A stretch of 64,000 nt of DNA. Origin: Lama glama. Lineage: Eukaryota. Both the position numbers and the translations under genes were made by a program. The stretch spans positions 98,024,001 to 98,088,000 of the forward strand of contig CM052816.1 of NCBI GenBank assembly GCA_028534125.1, written 5' to 3'. This document shows, piece by piece, positions 47,200-59,200 of this stretch; the stretch's first letter is position 1; every line of letters begins with the position of its first letter. Under the pieces are notes generated by a model that made no database searches, had not been told where the DNA came from, and saw nothing but the letters and a program-made list of their open reading frames with translations.

Positions 47200-50060
47200 C
47201 CGTCCTGAAGAGTTGGGGTGATGGGGAAGGTTCTGGCCATGTTCATGACCTTAACGAGAATGTTTCCAAAGTTTTATCACTAAGTCTGATGCCCTCTATA
47301 AGCTTACAGTAGCTGTCCTTTATTAGGGTTGGGGGGTTCTTTCTATCAGTTTTCTCAGAGATAGCTTTGTACAAACATCAACCCATGAATCCAGTTGAAC
47401 TTTATCAAGTGTCTATTTTAAAAATCTGAGATATTTCTCTGCTTCAATCCTTAATGGACTTAGTTATAGAATAGACTTTATGATAGTCACCATTCTTGCA
47501 GTCTTAGGAAAAGCCCAACAGATTGTTATTTTTTTTCGGTGTGACGTGTGACAGGTTGTATTTTCCCAAAATGGCTTTGACAGATCTCAGTTTCACCTGT
47601 TCCTCCAACAGCGTGACTTCTTACTTCTTTCATTGATGGGTCGAGGTCATGGTCCCTCCCTGGGAATCCATATGTGCCTTGGCCGTGGTGGAAATGATAC
47701 CATGGGACTTTGGAGGCTAGGTCATAAAGGACTGTGCAGCTTCTATCTGCTTCTCTAGAGCTATGTGCTCCCGGAACCCAGCCACCATGAGGCAAGCGAG
47801 CACCCCAAACCTGCAGACTCGTGTGGAGAGGGACTCTGATTTCTAGTCTACAGTCTACCTGAGACCCCAGCCAACATACACTGCCAACATGGTGGCCACA
47901 AGTGTAAGCCGTCTTGAAAGCAGGTCAGCCTGCCCCAGCCAAGCCACCAACCTGATATGACACGGAGCAGGGGCAAGCCATGAATGCCACGCACGGCCCA
48001 CACTGCAGATTTGTGAGCAGAATAAAGGATGGTAGTTTTTTGAAGCTGCTGAGTTTAGAGGAGGTTTGTTTAGGCAGCAATTGATAGCTGATAAGGGATA
48101 ACTGAATCTATTTGCTAATATTTTCTTCGGGATTTTTGTGTCTACTTTCAGAAGGAAAATTGGCCTATATTTTCTTCCTTTTTTTTTTTCACACTGTCCT
48201 TATCTGCATTTCATATCAAAGTTATATAACCCTTAAAAAATGAGCTGGGATGTTTTTCTTCTTTTTCTAATCTCTGAAAGCATCTGAGTAAGATTGAAAT
48301 TCTTTTTTCTTTAATGTTTCATTAGAAGAAGAGCAAACTAGTGTTAAAAACAGCAAGAGCTTGATGTATTCTGTTTCTTTGAAAGAAATTTTGTCTGCTG
48401 ATCAGTTTATTGAAAGGTTAGGATCTATTCTGATTTCCTGTTATTTTTCAAGTTAGTTTTTGGGAATTTCCTAGTGAACTGTCCACATCCTTCAAGCTTT
48501 CAAAATATGAGTACACATTTCACTGTAACTGAATTTTGTTCCCTCATTCATTTATAATACTGTTTATTCTCTCTCTCTGACTCTCTGACGGACTTGCCAG
48601 AAGCATGTCTATTTGACTCAGCTTTTCAACAATCAGCTTTTCTTTACTCTTCATCTCTCTCACTTCTAATGAAAGCAGAAGGAAAACTACTTAAAAGGGT
48701 TTCCATTTTCATCAGAATCTGTTTTTACCTTTTTCACTCTTTTCTTTATATTTTTTGTGCTTATGATTTCTCTCTTGCTCCTTTTCATGCACTCTTTGAG
48801 TTGAAACTATAGCCTATTATTTGCAGGCTATAGGAACATTTGTTCCTCAAATGTTCACTTTAGAAGCAAAGCAGAAGTTTGATAAGAAGTGCTTATCATT
48901 CAGTTTCAAATATTGACAAATTTCCCTTTAACTAAGATGGCCATGTCATACAGCAACCAAACTGGGACACCTTTGATAGTGAGTGACAGAAAGTGGTATT
49001 AATAATTACACCAGGATGACAGACATCAACTGGGTCTTGCCCATACAAATTCAGATGTATGAACATCCACGAATTATTTGAAAAAAAATGTGTTTTGGTT
49101 TTCAGGTGTGTGTATGTGTGAAAAGCAAGTAACTTCATTGATTTCTACTATAATTATACCACTGGGGTCAGAAAATCTAGTCTACATGACACAATTTGAA
49201 ATTCTCTGAAACTTCTTTTGTGGTCTAGTGAATGGTCACATTTTTATAAATATTCCATCTGTGCTTGGAAACAATCTGTTCTTTAGGTTTACTGTTTCTC
49301 ACAGATCACATACATTAATCATATTATTCAAATTTTCCATATTCTTCATACATATTGGTCTACTTGATTTATCCTTTTCTGATGGAGGTGGTCCAAATCC
49401 CCTGCTATCATTGTGAAGTTTGAATTTTTCCTCATGATTTGTCAGTTTTTGTGCTGGATATCCAAAGTCTATGTTATTAGTTGCTTATAGGTTAATATTG
49501 GTATAGCATCTTGGTGGATTCTTTCCTTTATCCTTCAAAAAATCTTTTTACATTTTTATTAATTTTTAATTTTGTACACTTTAACAACTTCTTTTTTTTG
49601 ATTGCCTGGCATATCTTTTCCATTCTATTCCTACATTTCAGGCTTTCTGTATGTGTCTGTTAGGTGCACTTTGGAAAAGCCACGTAGCTGGACTAAACCA
49701 GCAGCCACGACAACAAAACAAAACAGAACAAAACACTTCCAACCTGAGAGAATCTCCTTTTTAAACACGTAATTAAGTCTGTTTACATTTGCTGTAATCA
49801 CCAACTTATTTTTCTTTAATTCTTTTATTTTGTGCTTTTTATTTTTCATGCTTGCTCTTTGCTTCACTGAGTCCCTCTTTTTCTCGCCTGCTATTGAATT
49901 GATAGTGTTGTCCTTACTCCCTTTTCCCTTTACTAGTTTGGAAATTATATTCTACTAAAGAAATAACCTTAAAATTTAAACATCAATACTAAATAGAGCC
50001 TAAGTTCCATCAATATCTACCTCTTTTTTTTTCTTATGAAATTGAAAAGGGCTAACTTCA
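47200..50060 (-). mobile_element. Old decayed L1M body (antisense) with nested insertions
   Basis: T-rich with L1 ORF2 antisense remnants (tttgctaatatttt, gtctatgttattagttgcttataggtt, gtctgtttacatttgctgtaat). Confidence 0.7.
47547..48093 (+). mobile_element. MLT1F/G/H-type LTR nested in L1
   Basis: tgtgacaggttgtattttcccaaaatggc...gaggctaggtcataaagg...gtttgtttaggcagcaattgatagctga. Confidence 0.8.
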
Positions 50061-51439
50061 TATCCTGAACTCCTTTTCTTTCTTTTGTCAAATATCTTAT
50101 TGCCACCTTGGTTGAAAATTCCCCTGAAGTTAATTGTTGTTAAACAGGGAGGGAGGCATTGTATCCAGCATTTCTGTGTATTCAGAGCAGAGTAGAGGCT
50201 TTTTACATTAGTTCAGTCCACCACGTGGATTAGAGTGCCTGATTCAGTAAGTTGGACAAATCACATACCTTCTCTGGGTTCCCATTTCTCCTGGCACCTG
50301 CGAGAGGCTTTGGAGATCATCAAGAAAAGGGGCTCCCTCATTTTGCCTAAGACTCTAGGAACTGAAAACTGCAGAAAATGTACACTATGATATTCAGTAG
50401 GAAAAGAAATCACCAAGGCTTGAGGGATCCAGGCAGGCTGTTGCAGGAACAAACATCTTAGTCCTAGAAGAATGGGCAGAAAATTTCTTAAGCACAATAA
50501 TGATCAAACTGGGAATTTTAGTAAGATCAATGAACAGCAGTTTACTAAAAGCTCTGTGAAGTAGGGGAGGTTACTCTTCACAGATAGGGAAACTCCATAG
50601 GACACTGTTTTATTAGAGTCGGAGTGAGGGGCTGAGGGCCTGACCTAGGAAGGTGGCTGGAATTAGGGAGGGAAGAGCTGAGTAGGAGATAAGAAGGAAA
50701 AGTTAGAGTAAGTGGGTGTAATTACGTATCAGGAGAAAGAAGGGAGGCCAGTGCTGACTTCAAGGATTCCAATTGAGGGGCAAGGAAACAATCTTTATTG
50801 GGTCTTACGTGCAAATTCAGGATTTTCAAGTAGGTACATATTTTTGAAGATGCTGCATTCTATGGAGCATGGAAGGGACCAGGACCTCTGTTGAGAGGCA
50901 GCAGCAGTGAGCACTAGAAGCCTCATCTGTGACACTAGGCTTAAAGTCAACTTGTGTTGTCCTGGCTGCTAATTCATTCATTTAAGGGATGGCAAATCAC
51001 TACTGGAAAAGTCATGGGTCTGAAGCCCAGCTTGGGCTGCCTGTCCAGGGTCAGAGTAAAGGCTGGGTGGCTCCAAGAAGGCCTGGCTGAGGGAGAGGCC
51101 AGCCTCCAGAGGAGCAGGGGTGGGGTGGGGGGTGGGGGGTGACTGCTGGACCCTGCACAGCAGGTGCTGGTGCGGAGTGAGAAGCTGGGTAAGCGCTTTT
51201 CCTGCAGGCGGTTGTACCTGTGCGAAAAGAAAGGCAGGAAGGAACTGTGTCCGAGGTCTCAAAAAAGGGTTCTGTCAAGGGGGCAGGATTTCAGGTGTCT
51301 TTTCCTATTTCTCCATTATATTCTTCCTTTATTGTTTCAATTATTTACAATGAGAACCTATAATTTAAATATTCAAAAATATAGTCATTTTCATCGTGGG
51401 GTCAAGCTACTGTTTCCAAGCACTGCCTGCTGTACTTCA

Positions 51440-51590
51440 GCCTTGATTGGCATTATCTACTCTAACTAGCCTCATGCAGCTGTCGGGTCTCATTATCCCG
51501 ATTTTATGAGTAAGAACAGAGGCTCAGAGGCTAGGGAACTTGCCCAGGGCCAGTGGAGGCAGAGCGGGGTCTCACAGGTCCCCACCGCTG
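51440..51590 (-). mobile_element. MIR SINE just upstream of the MED10 promoter
   Basis: cattatcccgattttatgagtaagaacagaggctcagaggctagggaacttgcccagggc. Confidence 0.75.
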
Positions 51591-51609
51591 GTTCTTTGTG
51601 GTCTTACAA

Positions 51610-52660
51610 GCACGCATGGGAGTCCAGGGCACCAGCAACCGTGGGTCCCTCTCACCTGGGCGTTTAGGGCTGCTGGGGAGGGGCCGAGCTGACGTAGGCC
51701 CCGCCCCGCCCCGCCCTGAAGCCCCGCCCCCGCACCAGGCCCCGCCCCCAGACACCGCCTCTGGGTCTACTCCACGCCCCGATGGCCCGCCCCCACCCCC
51801 AGTCCCGGCCCCACCCCGAGTCGCCCCGCCCATCATCCAGGCCCCGCCCCCAAAGGAAACGGAAGTGATAGCAGGCCTAGGCGGAAGCCGGAAGCGGTGG
51901 AGCAGGACTACGGCCGCGGCTGTGCGGGTGGGGCGGCCATGGCGGAGAAGTTTGACCACCTGGAGGAGCACCTGGAGAAGTTTGTGGAGAACATCCGGCA
52001 GCTCGGCATCATCGTCAGCGACTTCCAGCCCAGCAGCCAGGCCGGGCTCAACCAGAAGCTGTGAGTAGCGGCCGAGTCCGCCCGCGTCTTCCCGGGGCCT
52101 GCGGGGCAGCGTCTGCTGCGGAGCGGGGATGGGGAGCCGGGGCCGGATGGGGAGCCGGATTCCGGCCGAGGGCCGCTGGCTCTCCCCGCGCTGCTCGGGG
52201 CCCAGTCCCTCCTGGTGCCTCCGGCTCTAGGCTGTGCGCAGAGGGGGCTCGCCGCTGCCGCCTGTTGCCGACCCGCCTCCCCGCTTTGCCTTGCTGGGAC
52301 CTTTTCTCGAGGGCCCCTTTGGAGACTCTATCAGAGCCAGATAATAGTTTCCGTTTCTGCGGCCGTCGGAGGGAGACGTGCTTCATAATCTTAAGTCTTT
52401 CCCCGCCCTTGTATGACTCCCTCCCAGCGTTTCTCTTGAGCCCTTCCGGGGAGTTGAGTCCCTGTCCGTGGAGGGGAGGCGGCCTTCACCCGGAGGGCGG
52501 AAAAATGGGCCCCGGGAAGGCCAAGGCTCAGAAACCACCTGCTGCCGAGGCCTGAAGGTGGAGGAATCGATAGTGGTGCGTGATGGTGGTGGTGAGAAAC
52601 GCCACACATCTGTTAATTTTTTTTTGGCAACAGCATTGTGCTGGCCGTGCCGCTAGGCCC
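51610..52660 (+). promoter_or_regulatory. MED10 CpG-island, TATA-less promoter
   Basis: Tandem GC boxes at 51698-51851. ETS sites CGGAAGTG (51860-51867) and CGGAAGCCGGAAG (51882-51894). CRE-like TGACGTA at 51690-51696. Confidence 0.9.
51939..52060 (+). CDS. MED10: MED10 (Mediator subunit 10) coding exon 1
   Basis: gccATGG Kozak start. Encodes MAEKFDHLEEHLEKFVENIRQLGIIVSDFQPSSQAGLNQKL. 122 nt, donor CT|GTGAGT. Confidence 0.98.
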
Positions 52661-53264
52661 TGGGTTGAACAGAAGGCAAACAGGAATAGAATGCTCTGGA
52701 GAAGGGCTCCCAGCTTTATGGAGGACACAGACATAAAAACATATTCACAACCCTGCCTTACATACCCAGTGCTGTGGGGCTTGCCAGGTGATCTAGGAAG
52801 GCTCCCGAGGGGAAGGGCGCTGAAATTAAACCAGGCAGCCATGGCTTTCTTCCTCCTAGAGTTTGAGGTTGGATTCTTGAGCTGGATTCTGCTGCCCCAT
52901 GTGTTGTCTGCAACTGCCCGCAAACTCACGTCCACCTCGGTGATTGTTTTTGAGAGAAAGGTCATATTTTTCATCATATTCTCAAAGGTTCCTGCCCTTA
53001 CACCTATTAGTTCCTGGTCCTCCCCGCCCCCTCCCCCGAACCATATTGGTAATTCCTTATTTAAAAAGAAAATCAAGAGATATTTGAGCATATTCTGTAA
53101 CTCCAAAGCTTTCCTAGGAATTCTCGAACAAAGAGCTGTGAGCCGCATGTAACCCGTGCTTGTATGAGGAACACTCGTGTGGAGGCCTGGTTGGCCAGGC
53201 GTGGGTGTTTTACAGTGCCATCGTCTGAATTAACCTAATCTCCTGGTTTTGCTTTTTCCCCCAG

Positions 53265-53348
53265 GAATTTTATTGTTACTGGCTTACAGGATATTGATAA
53301 GTGCAGACAGCAACTCCATGATATTACTGTGCCTTTAGAAGTTTTTGA
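53265..53348 (+). CDS. MED10: MED10 coding exon 2
   Basis: Acceptor tttttcccccag|G. Encodes NFIVTGLQDIDKCRQQLHDITVPLEVFE. 84 nt, donor GA|GTAAGT; frame continues from exon 1. Confidence 0.98.
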
Positions 53349-55454
53349 GTAAGTACTGTTCTTGATATTGTAATTCTTGTTTAGTTTTGCTATAATGACT
53401 TCCTCAACCTCCAGTATTTTAGGGTCTGCTATATGGCGGACACAGTCTGGGTGCTGGAGAGATGCCAGGGAAGAAAATAGACAAAAATATCTTCCCTCAT
53501 AGAGCTTATGTTCTGTAGGGATTAAACAGTTAAAAAAAAAACTCTCCGTGTTGTTGAAAAAGAGTTAGACATAAAAAAAGACTTACTAAATTTGTGATGG
53601 ACATCATAGGCTCTCAGAGTCCTGCCTAGGCTGATTCTCTGGGCCGGGCGGCCTCTCTCTCCTCTCCCAGAGCTGACTGGGAATGGCAGGAGTATTCTGG
53701 GGCTTTTTGCAGTAAAACTGCAAATGTAAATCACTAGATTTCCTTGAACAAGAGGGGAAAATGTACCTTTTTACATCCTGAAAAGTCAGAGATAAAAGTT
53801 GTAGTCACAACACAGTGCGCAGCCATCCACCAAGCCAGGACACACAGGCTGCAATTTCCACGGTCCAGGCTCCGTCCTCACCTGCTGGCCAAGGTGTCGG
53901 TGTTTTCAGGTGGGAGTGAAGGCCTTGTGTGTGTTACAGCTCTAAACTCCGGCCCATGAAGTGCGGGAGGGTGGAGACTAACTTCCCTTCCTTGAAGTGT
54001 CCTTATTAGAGCTGTTCTGGTCATGAGTGTGTGGGATGTTTGACAGACGCCAGGGAACTACTCCCATCGTCTGAAGAGGCGCGAAGGGGAAGGATGGGAA
54101 AGACAGCTTAAAGGGAGCGGGGAAGAGGCCTCAGCTCGCGGGCTGCAGGGACAGCCTAGGCTCACCTGGAGAGTTGGGATGAGGCAGCCTGTGAGTGCTT
54201 GACACACAGCAGGTGTGAACTGTCAGTCATCTGTGCCTGATGGAGGAGGGTTCCCCGGTCCACTTGCAGACACTCCGGCTGTGTTCGTAGCAAAGATAAC
54301 AATAAAACTTTGGCCCTTTTGTCCGGTACTTTTGGGTTGGTGAGGTGGGATTCTGGTCTCAAGGGCCCAATCCAAATGGTATCACTGTGGAAGCAGTTTA
54401 TTTAGGACACTTGGACCTGTCAGATTTTTTTTTCCAAAAATGGATGGATTTTGTTTAGAATTTACCATAATTTTGCTTCTTTCATTCCATCATTTCAAAC
54501 ACATTTCAGTAAAGTGAAATTTCTAGAACTTTTGATTTATCAGTATTTTGCTGTCATGATTAAAGACCAGTTTTTATGCCATTAACAGTGACTTAACAGT
54601 GTCTTTAATTGGAAGTGATAATTTTTGTTAACTGAAGCATAAAAATGCATAAATCGGACTTTAGTGGTGGTTTTTTTTTTTGTAACAAATAATTCAGTTT
54701 AGCTTAATGATATGAAGGTCTTCAGGGTGCAGAAGTGGCAAAATGTGGATATTCACCTGGGCGGTATTCGTAAATGAAATCACTGGGACAATGGATGTTT
54801 TGGGGACAAGTGTCGAAAATTTCAAGAAACAGTTTTATACTGCTAAGAAATTATTGGAGAGGAGCTCTTTCTGTTAGATTTAAGCTACTGAGGTGTATCT
54901 AGGTATATATATCTACTTAGGTATATCTAGTACGTGGGCCCTCTCTCCCCCCAGTTTGTAAACTAATCTTGGGGCTGGCAGGGCAGGGCTCTCCCCTCCC
55001 TTGCCCAGCATCCCCGAGGCTCCTCGGCAGAGGCTGGGGTGGACCTGGAGTGGAGGCTGCACCTGGGGGCTCCCCGTGCCATGCAGGCCTGAAGCTCTGG
55101 CCCTCCCCTGGTTCTCTGTCGTGAAGAGCTGCCTGACCTTGGGGTTGTTGTGAGGATTAAAGTCGTGGCCGTGAGGCCTTTGAAAAACACAGATGCTAAA
55201 GCTGAAGTGGTGTGACTGTGAGGCTTGCTTGGTTTAGAAGTCATCAGTACTTGATTTCATGAGTTATTCATGCAACTAGAAGTTCTGTGAGAGCAAATCA
55301 CCTGTGCTTGTATAAATGAAGGAATCTGAGTCACCTGCTTCCTGGACACAGTTTCCCCTGAACAGGGCCGTGCGAAGTTGTGTACAGCTCACAGAAAACT
55401 CTGAGAGCAGGTGTCAGCCGACAGAGTGTTAATTGAGATATTTCACATTTCCAG

Positions 55455-55557
55455 ATACATAGACCAAGGTCGAAACCCCGAACTCTACACCAAAGAGTGC
55501 CTGGAGCGGGCTCTGGCTAAAAATGAGCAAGTTAAAGGCAAGATTGACACAATGAAG
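55455..55557 (+). CDS. MED10: MED10 coding exon 3
   Basis: Acceptor tttcacatttccag|A. Encodes YIDQGRNPELYTKECLERALAKNEQVKGKIDTMK. 103 nt, donor AAG|GTAAAG. Confidence 0.98.
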
Positions 55558-57540
55558 GTAAAGTTCTTGTGAACAGACGATGCCATCAGAACATCAGGAC
55601 GTGCTTTTAAAGTAGACTTGGCTGATACACGATGTAAAGCATCAGCTATTTGACACCGTTACGCAGTTGAGATTTCTGAGCTGTGTGATAAGTAGTGAAT
55701 AAAGTCAAACGTGAGCGCACCCTGTGGCGGCCTTGCCTGTCGGCAGGTCCGGGTTGATCTTTGCGATGCTGGTTGTCACTGGCTCCCTGTGCTTGTGTTC
55801 ATTGTTAAGAATGGAACGTCTCCAGTTTGCATGCTGGTGCTGTGAGTCCCTCACTTGGGCCTTTTCCTGGAATTGTGGGTCATTGGTTCAGAGGATTGTA
55901 AACCCTTGCTCGCTCTCTCTCTGGTGGTCGTCTTCGGCTTCTGACTCCAAGCCCCTCCGCGCCACATCCCCCAGGCTCCACAGAGACTTTCCTCTCTGTG
56001 TCTCTTGGCTTGGATGGGATCTAGCAAACTCTGTGTCTTGCACGTGATACGTGTAGTTTTTTTATTACTGAAATTGACTCACGTGTGGTTCGGATTGGGT
56101 GGGTGTGGGTTTTCCTTTAGGTGGGTGGTGCCTTCCCTTTCTGTTGTCCTCCTGCAGCCAGCCCTCCTGCCGCCCCACCTGCTCCTTGCTCCGGTTTGCA
56201 TTTCTGGAACCCCCGGCCCCACTCCTGCCTGTCCACTCCTGTGCTGTCTCCTCTGCCAGAGCCCTCCCACACGCTCTGTCCTTTGGGGTCCCTGTCTCAC
56301 CTCCTCAGAGAGGTCTTTGGACCAGCCTTCTGCCCTCCTCTCTCTCTCTCTGTTCTGTGTCTGCCCATCCGGAGGTCCAGGGCGTCGTGTTCCTGCTGCT
56401 GCCCAGGTGCACGGTGTGCCTCGTCAGTGTCTGGTGTGCACAGGGACGGCCACAGAGGGTGAGCTTGAGGAGCCAGCAGTGCGGCCGTGTCAGGACAGCT
56501 AAGACAAGCCTTTCCCGTGCTGCCTGGGCAGAGTTGTCAGTGTGGCACCCGCAGCCTCATTTCTGCCGTGTCAGCTTGGGACTGAGTCACTCTTGAACCG
56601 AGCATCACCCTCGGGACATAATACAGCGTTAGTCGAGAGCAAAGTGTGAGCATTTGGCTGTTGTGTGAGTGAGCTGTCTCCTGTATCACCCAGCAGGTCC
56701 CCCTGTGTGGACCAGGTCACGGCCCATGGGTGACCTCGTCCCAGTTTCTGTGCTGCACTCCTGTTCACCTCCTGCCCTTGAGGTTGCCCACTGGCGGCCA
56801 CACTAGTGACCCTGCCCCTTGCCTTCCATTTGCTTCCGTTTCTGTTGCCTCTTGGTATCATTTCCTCTCACCTGAGACTGGAAGAGTCCCATGTTGCAGG
56901 ATGTGTGCCCGGTGGGCTGTGCGTTTAAACGTCCCCGCGTTCTGTCATCACCGGTGTCTGGAGCGTTGGTGTGCAGCCACCCGAGGGGTGTTACCCACTG
57001 AGGTGGATGTGATATCTTTGTTTGTGTCCGTTGTGCTTCTGTTGTGTACAGCTGATGAGAAGAGGTTTTGAGATGCTGGCAGATATTTAGCTGCTTTGGA
57101 GGTTGGATTAAAACAAACATTACGCTGGTAAGTAGGATCATGGAGCCATGGCATTTGGAGAAGACAGGTTGCCAGGTGCTCTGAGAGCTTTGATGGAGCT
57201 GTTTGCACACAGTGAGTTTGATGTGGTTCAAGTTAATAATTGCTTAATAAAATATTACATAGAGACTCCTGTTAACGTGTGCTGGGTGCCAGACTCAGTT
57301 CCTCCTGTGTGGCTGGCTGCTTACGGAGGGCTTTTTGTTGTTTGAAGCAGGAGGGAAGGGGTCGTGTTTGAACATACAACCTGCTGTGGTTTGGCAAGTG
57401 AGGCGTCCACGGAGATGAGCAGAGAGCACCGAGGGAGTGTGATTTCTGTCCCTTTGAGTTTGAGGCTCTGTGGGGCCTGGTCTTTAACTTGGGTGATGGG
57501 TCACAAACACGGTTTTGATGGTGTATCTTTTTCCTCTTAG

Positions 57541-57639
57541 AAATTTAAAAGCCTGTTGATTCAAGAACTTTCTAAAGTATTTCCTGAAGACATGGCTAAG
57601 TACCGAAGCATCCGAGGGGAGGACCACCCCCCTTCCTAA
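57541..57639 (+). CDS. MED10: MED10 coding exon 4
   Basis: Acceptor tctttttcctcttag|. Encodes KFKSLLIQELSKVFPEDMAKYRSIRGEDHPPS then TAA. The exons sum to 122+84+103+99=408 nt, i.e. 135 aa plus stop. Confidence 0.98.
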   Translation, partial: KFKSLLIQELSKVFPEDMAKYRSIRGEDHPPS

Positions 57640-58215
57640 CTTCATCCTCTCTATGTCAGAAGACCCTCCTAGTCCTGCAGGAATGTCCGTGACCTCTAGG
57701 CAGCCTGGGACTGAGCGGCATCGATGCTGTTTCCTGGGTCCAGCCTCCAGCTACCTTGTCTGTCCCTGTCATTCATTGGCTTCTGGGGATGGCGTGGCCT
57801 GGAGGGCGTGTGGGGCGGGGCCTCCAGCTGCCCCCTCCCCCTGACATGCTCTGTTTGGTCCTCAAGCTCTCAGATGGCTGGTGACAGCACATCTTTTGAG
57901 TGCAATGTGTTTGTTTCTCCACCACCAAATGTCTTGGAAACATTAAATACGATAGGGAAATTGAAAGTTTTTTAAAATCCTACCTAATAGTTTTTATGTA
58001 CTCTTTCTGTTCCTTTTTTTTGATAGTGTCAAAGAGAGCTAAAAAAAAAAAAAAAAGGAAAAATTGGTTTAAAATGAGAAGTACTTTAAATTGGTTTAGA
58101 ATTTTATATTTTCAAGTATTGTGCGTAAAGAATGTTTTCAATGTAACAGCGTTTACATGGATTTCAGTTAGACCTACGAATATAATAAAGGCTTTAAGTG
58201 TTTCTGTAACTTGTT
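57640..58215 (+). other. MED10: MED10 3' UTR (end approximate)
   Basis: Lies between the TAA stop and AATAAA at 58184. The distal half is AU-rich with an A16 run at 58041-58056. Confidence 0.75.
58184..58189 (+). terminator. MED10 polyadenylation signal AATAAA
   Basis: First canonical AATAAA after the stop codon, with upstream TGTA and downstream GT/T-rich sequence. A weaker ATTAAA sits at 57942-57947. Confidence 0.75.
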
Positions 58216-58339
58216 CTATGTAATCATTTCTGTAACATTTTTATAGTTTAGTACCGTGTATCTCATAAACAGTTATTACTTCCCCAAAGTGTGGGGAATA
58301 TTCGGAAAATTTCTTCTTCAGGCACTTAGGCAGGAAAAG

Positions 58340-59200
58340 CTAAAGCGCAGTGCAGAATTCTGGTGTCCCTGCAGCGTCTCACAGGGGACACCACGGCTGG
58401 GGGACGCAGGTCCCGGATGCGCGCCGGGCCGCGCTGGCCGCGGCGCTGGGAGCCGCGCGTCCTGACCGCGACGCCGCGGGGCCGGCGGGCCATGGGGGCC
58501 TGTGTTTCTCTTAAACGCGGCCGTGCTGTTGCCGCATCTTTAGGCTCACCGGAGTGGCAGGCCCCAGCGCAGCGCTCCTCGAGGGTCAGGGCAGACCGCT
58601 GCCGCGACCTGGCTCCTGCGTGGCGGGTGGGGTTGCGGACGCGGCGCAGCGAGGCTCAGAGCGCGGCGCTCGGCGTTCTCCGCTGGCCCCTGCTGGGTGT
58701 GCCGTCTCTCCCCGAGGGGGCCCTGTTTGCTAGGAGCTGGGAACCGGCTCCCGTAGGACGTTGCTCCCTTGCTGGTAGCTCCTTTCTCTCCAGAGCTGCA
58801 CTGGAAAGGGACTTCCCGCCCAGGGCGTGGTTTCCTCTAGAGGAGGGCTGCCCGGTCCGCTGGCTCCTGGAGCCCAGGGGCTCCTCCTGCGCTGGCTCTG
58901 CCGCCGCTGACCGCCCTGCTAGTGGCCGCCTGCAGGCCGCGGGGGCCTGGCTCAGAGCCCTTCCTCATCCCTGTCCCACGAGTCCGCTCCATGTATCCTC
59001 AGCACGGTCCCCTGAGCCATAGGAGCTGTCGTCATCACGGAGCCGGAAGTGGCATGGGGCACACAGCTGATTCCAGCAGAACAGGACGTTAGATGCAGCC
59101 CAGCTGTCCGGAGCGTCTGTCCCGCTGCCGTGCGCTGCCTCAGCAGAAGGTGTCGACTTGCAGTTGCAACAGTGGGCTGACTGCCTGCGACTGTCACTTG
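58340..59200. promoter_or_regulatory. Orphan CpG island immediately 3' of MED10
   Basis: Abrupt switch from AT-rich to CpG-dense sequence. Contains GGGACTTCCC (58808-58817) and CCGGAAGTG (59043-59051). Confidence 0.75.

Noticed and set aside
51531..53152. Overlapping 110-206 aa ORFs around MED10 exon 1 and intron 1
   Set aside because: Off-frame or antisense reads of GC boxes and intron; the true frame is the spliced MED10 CDS.
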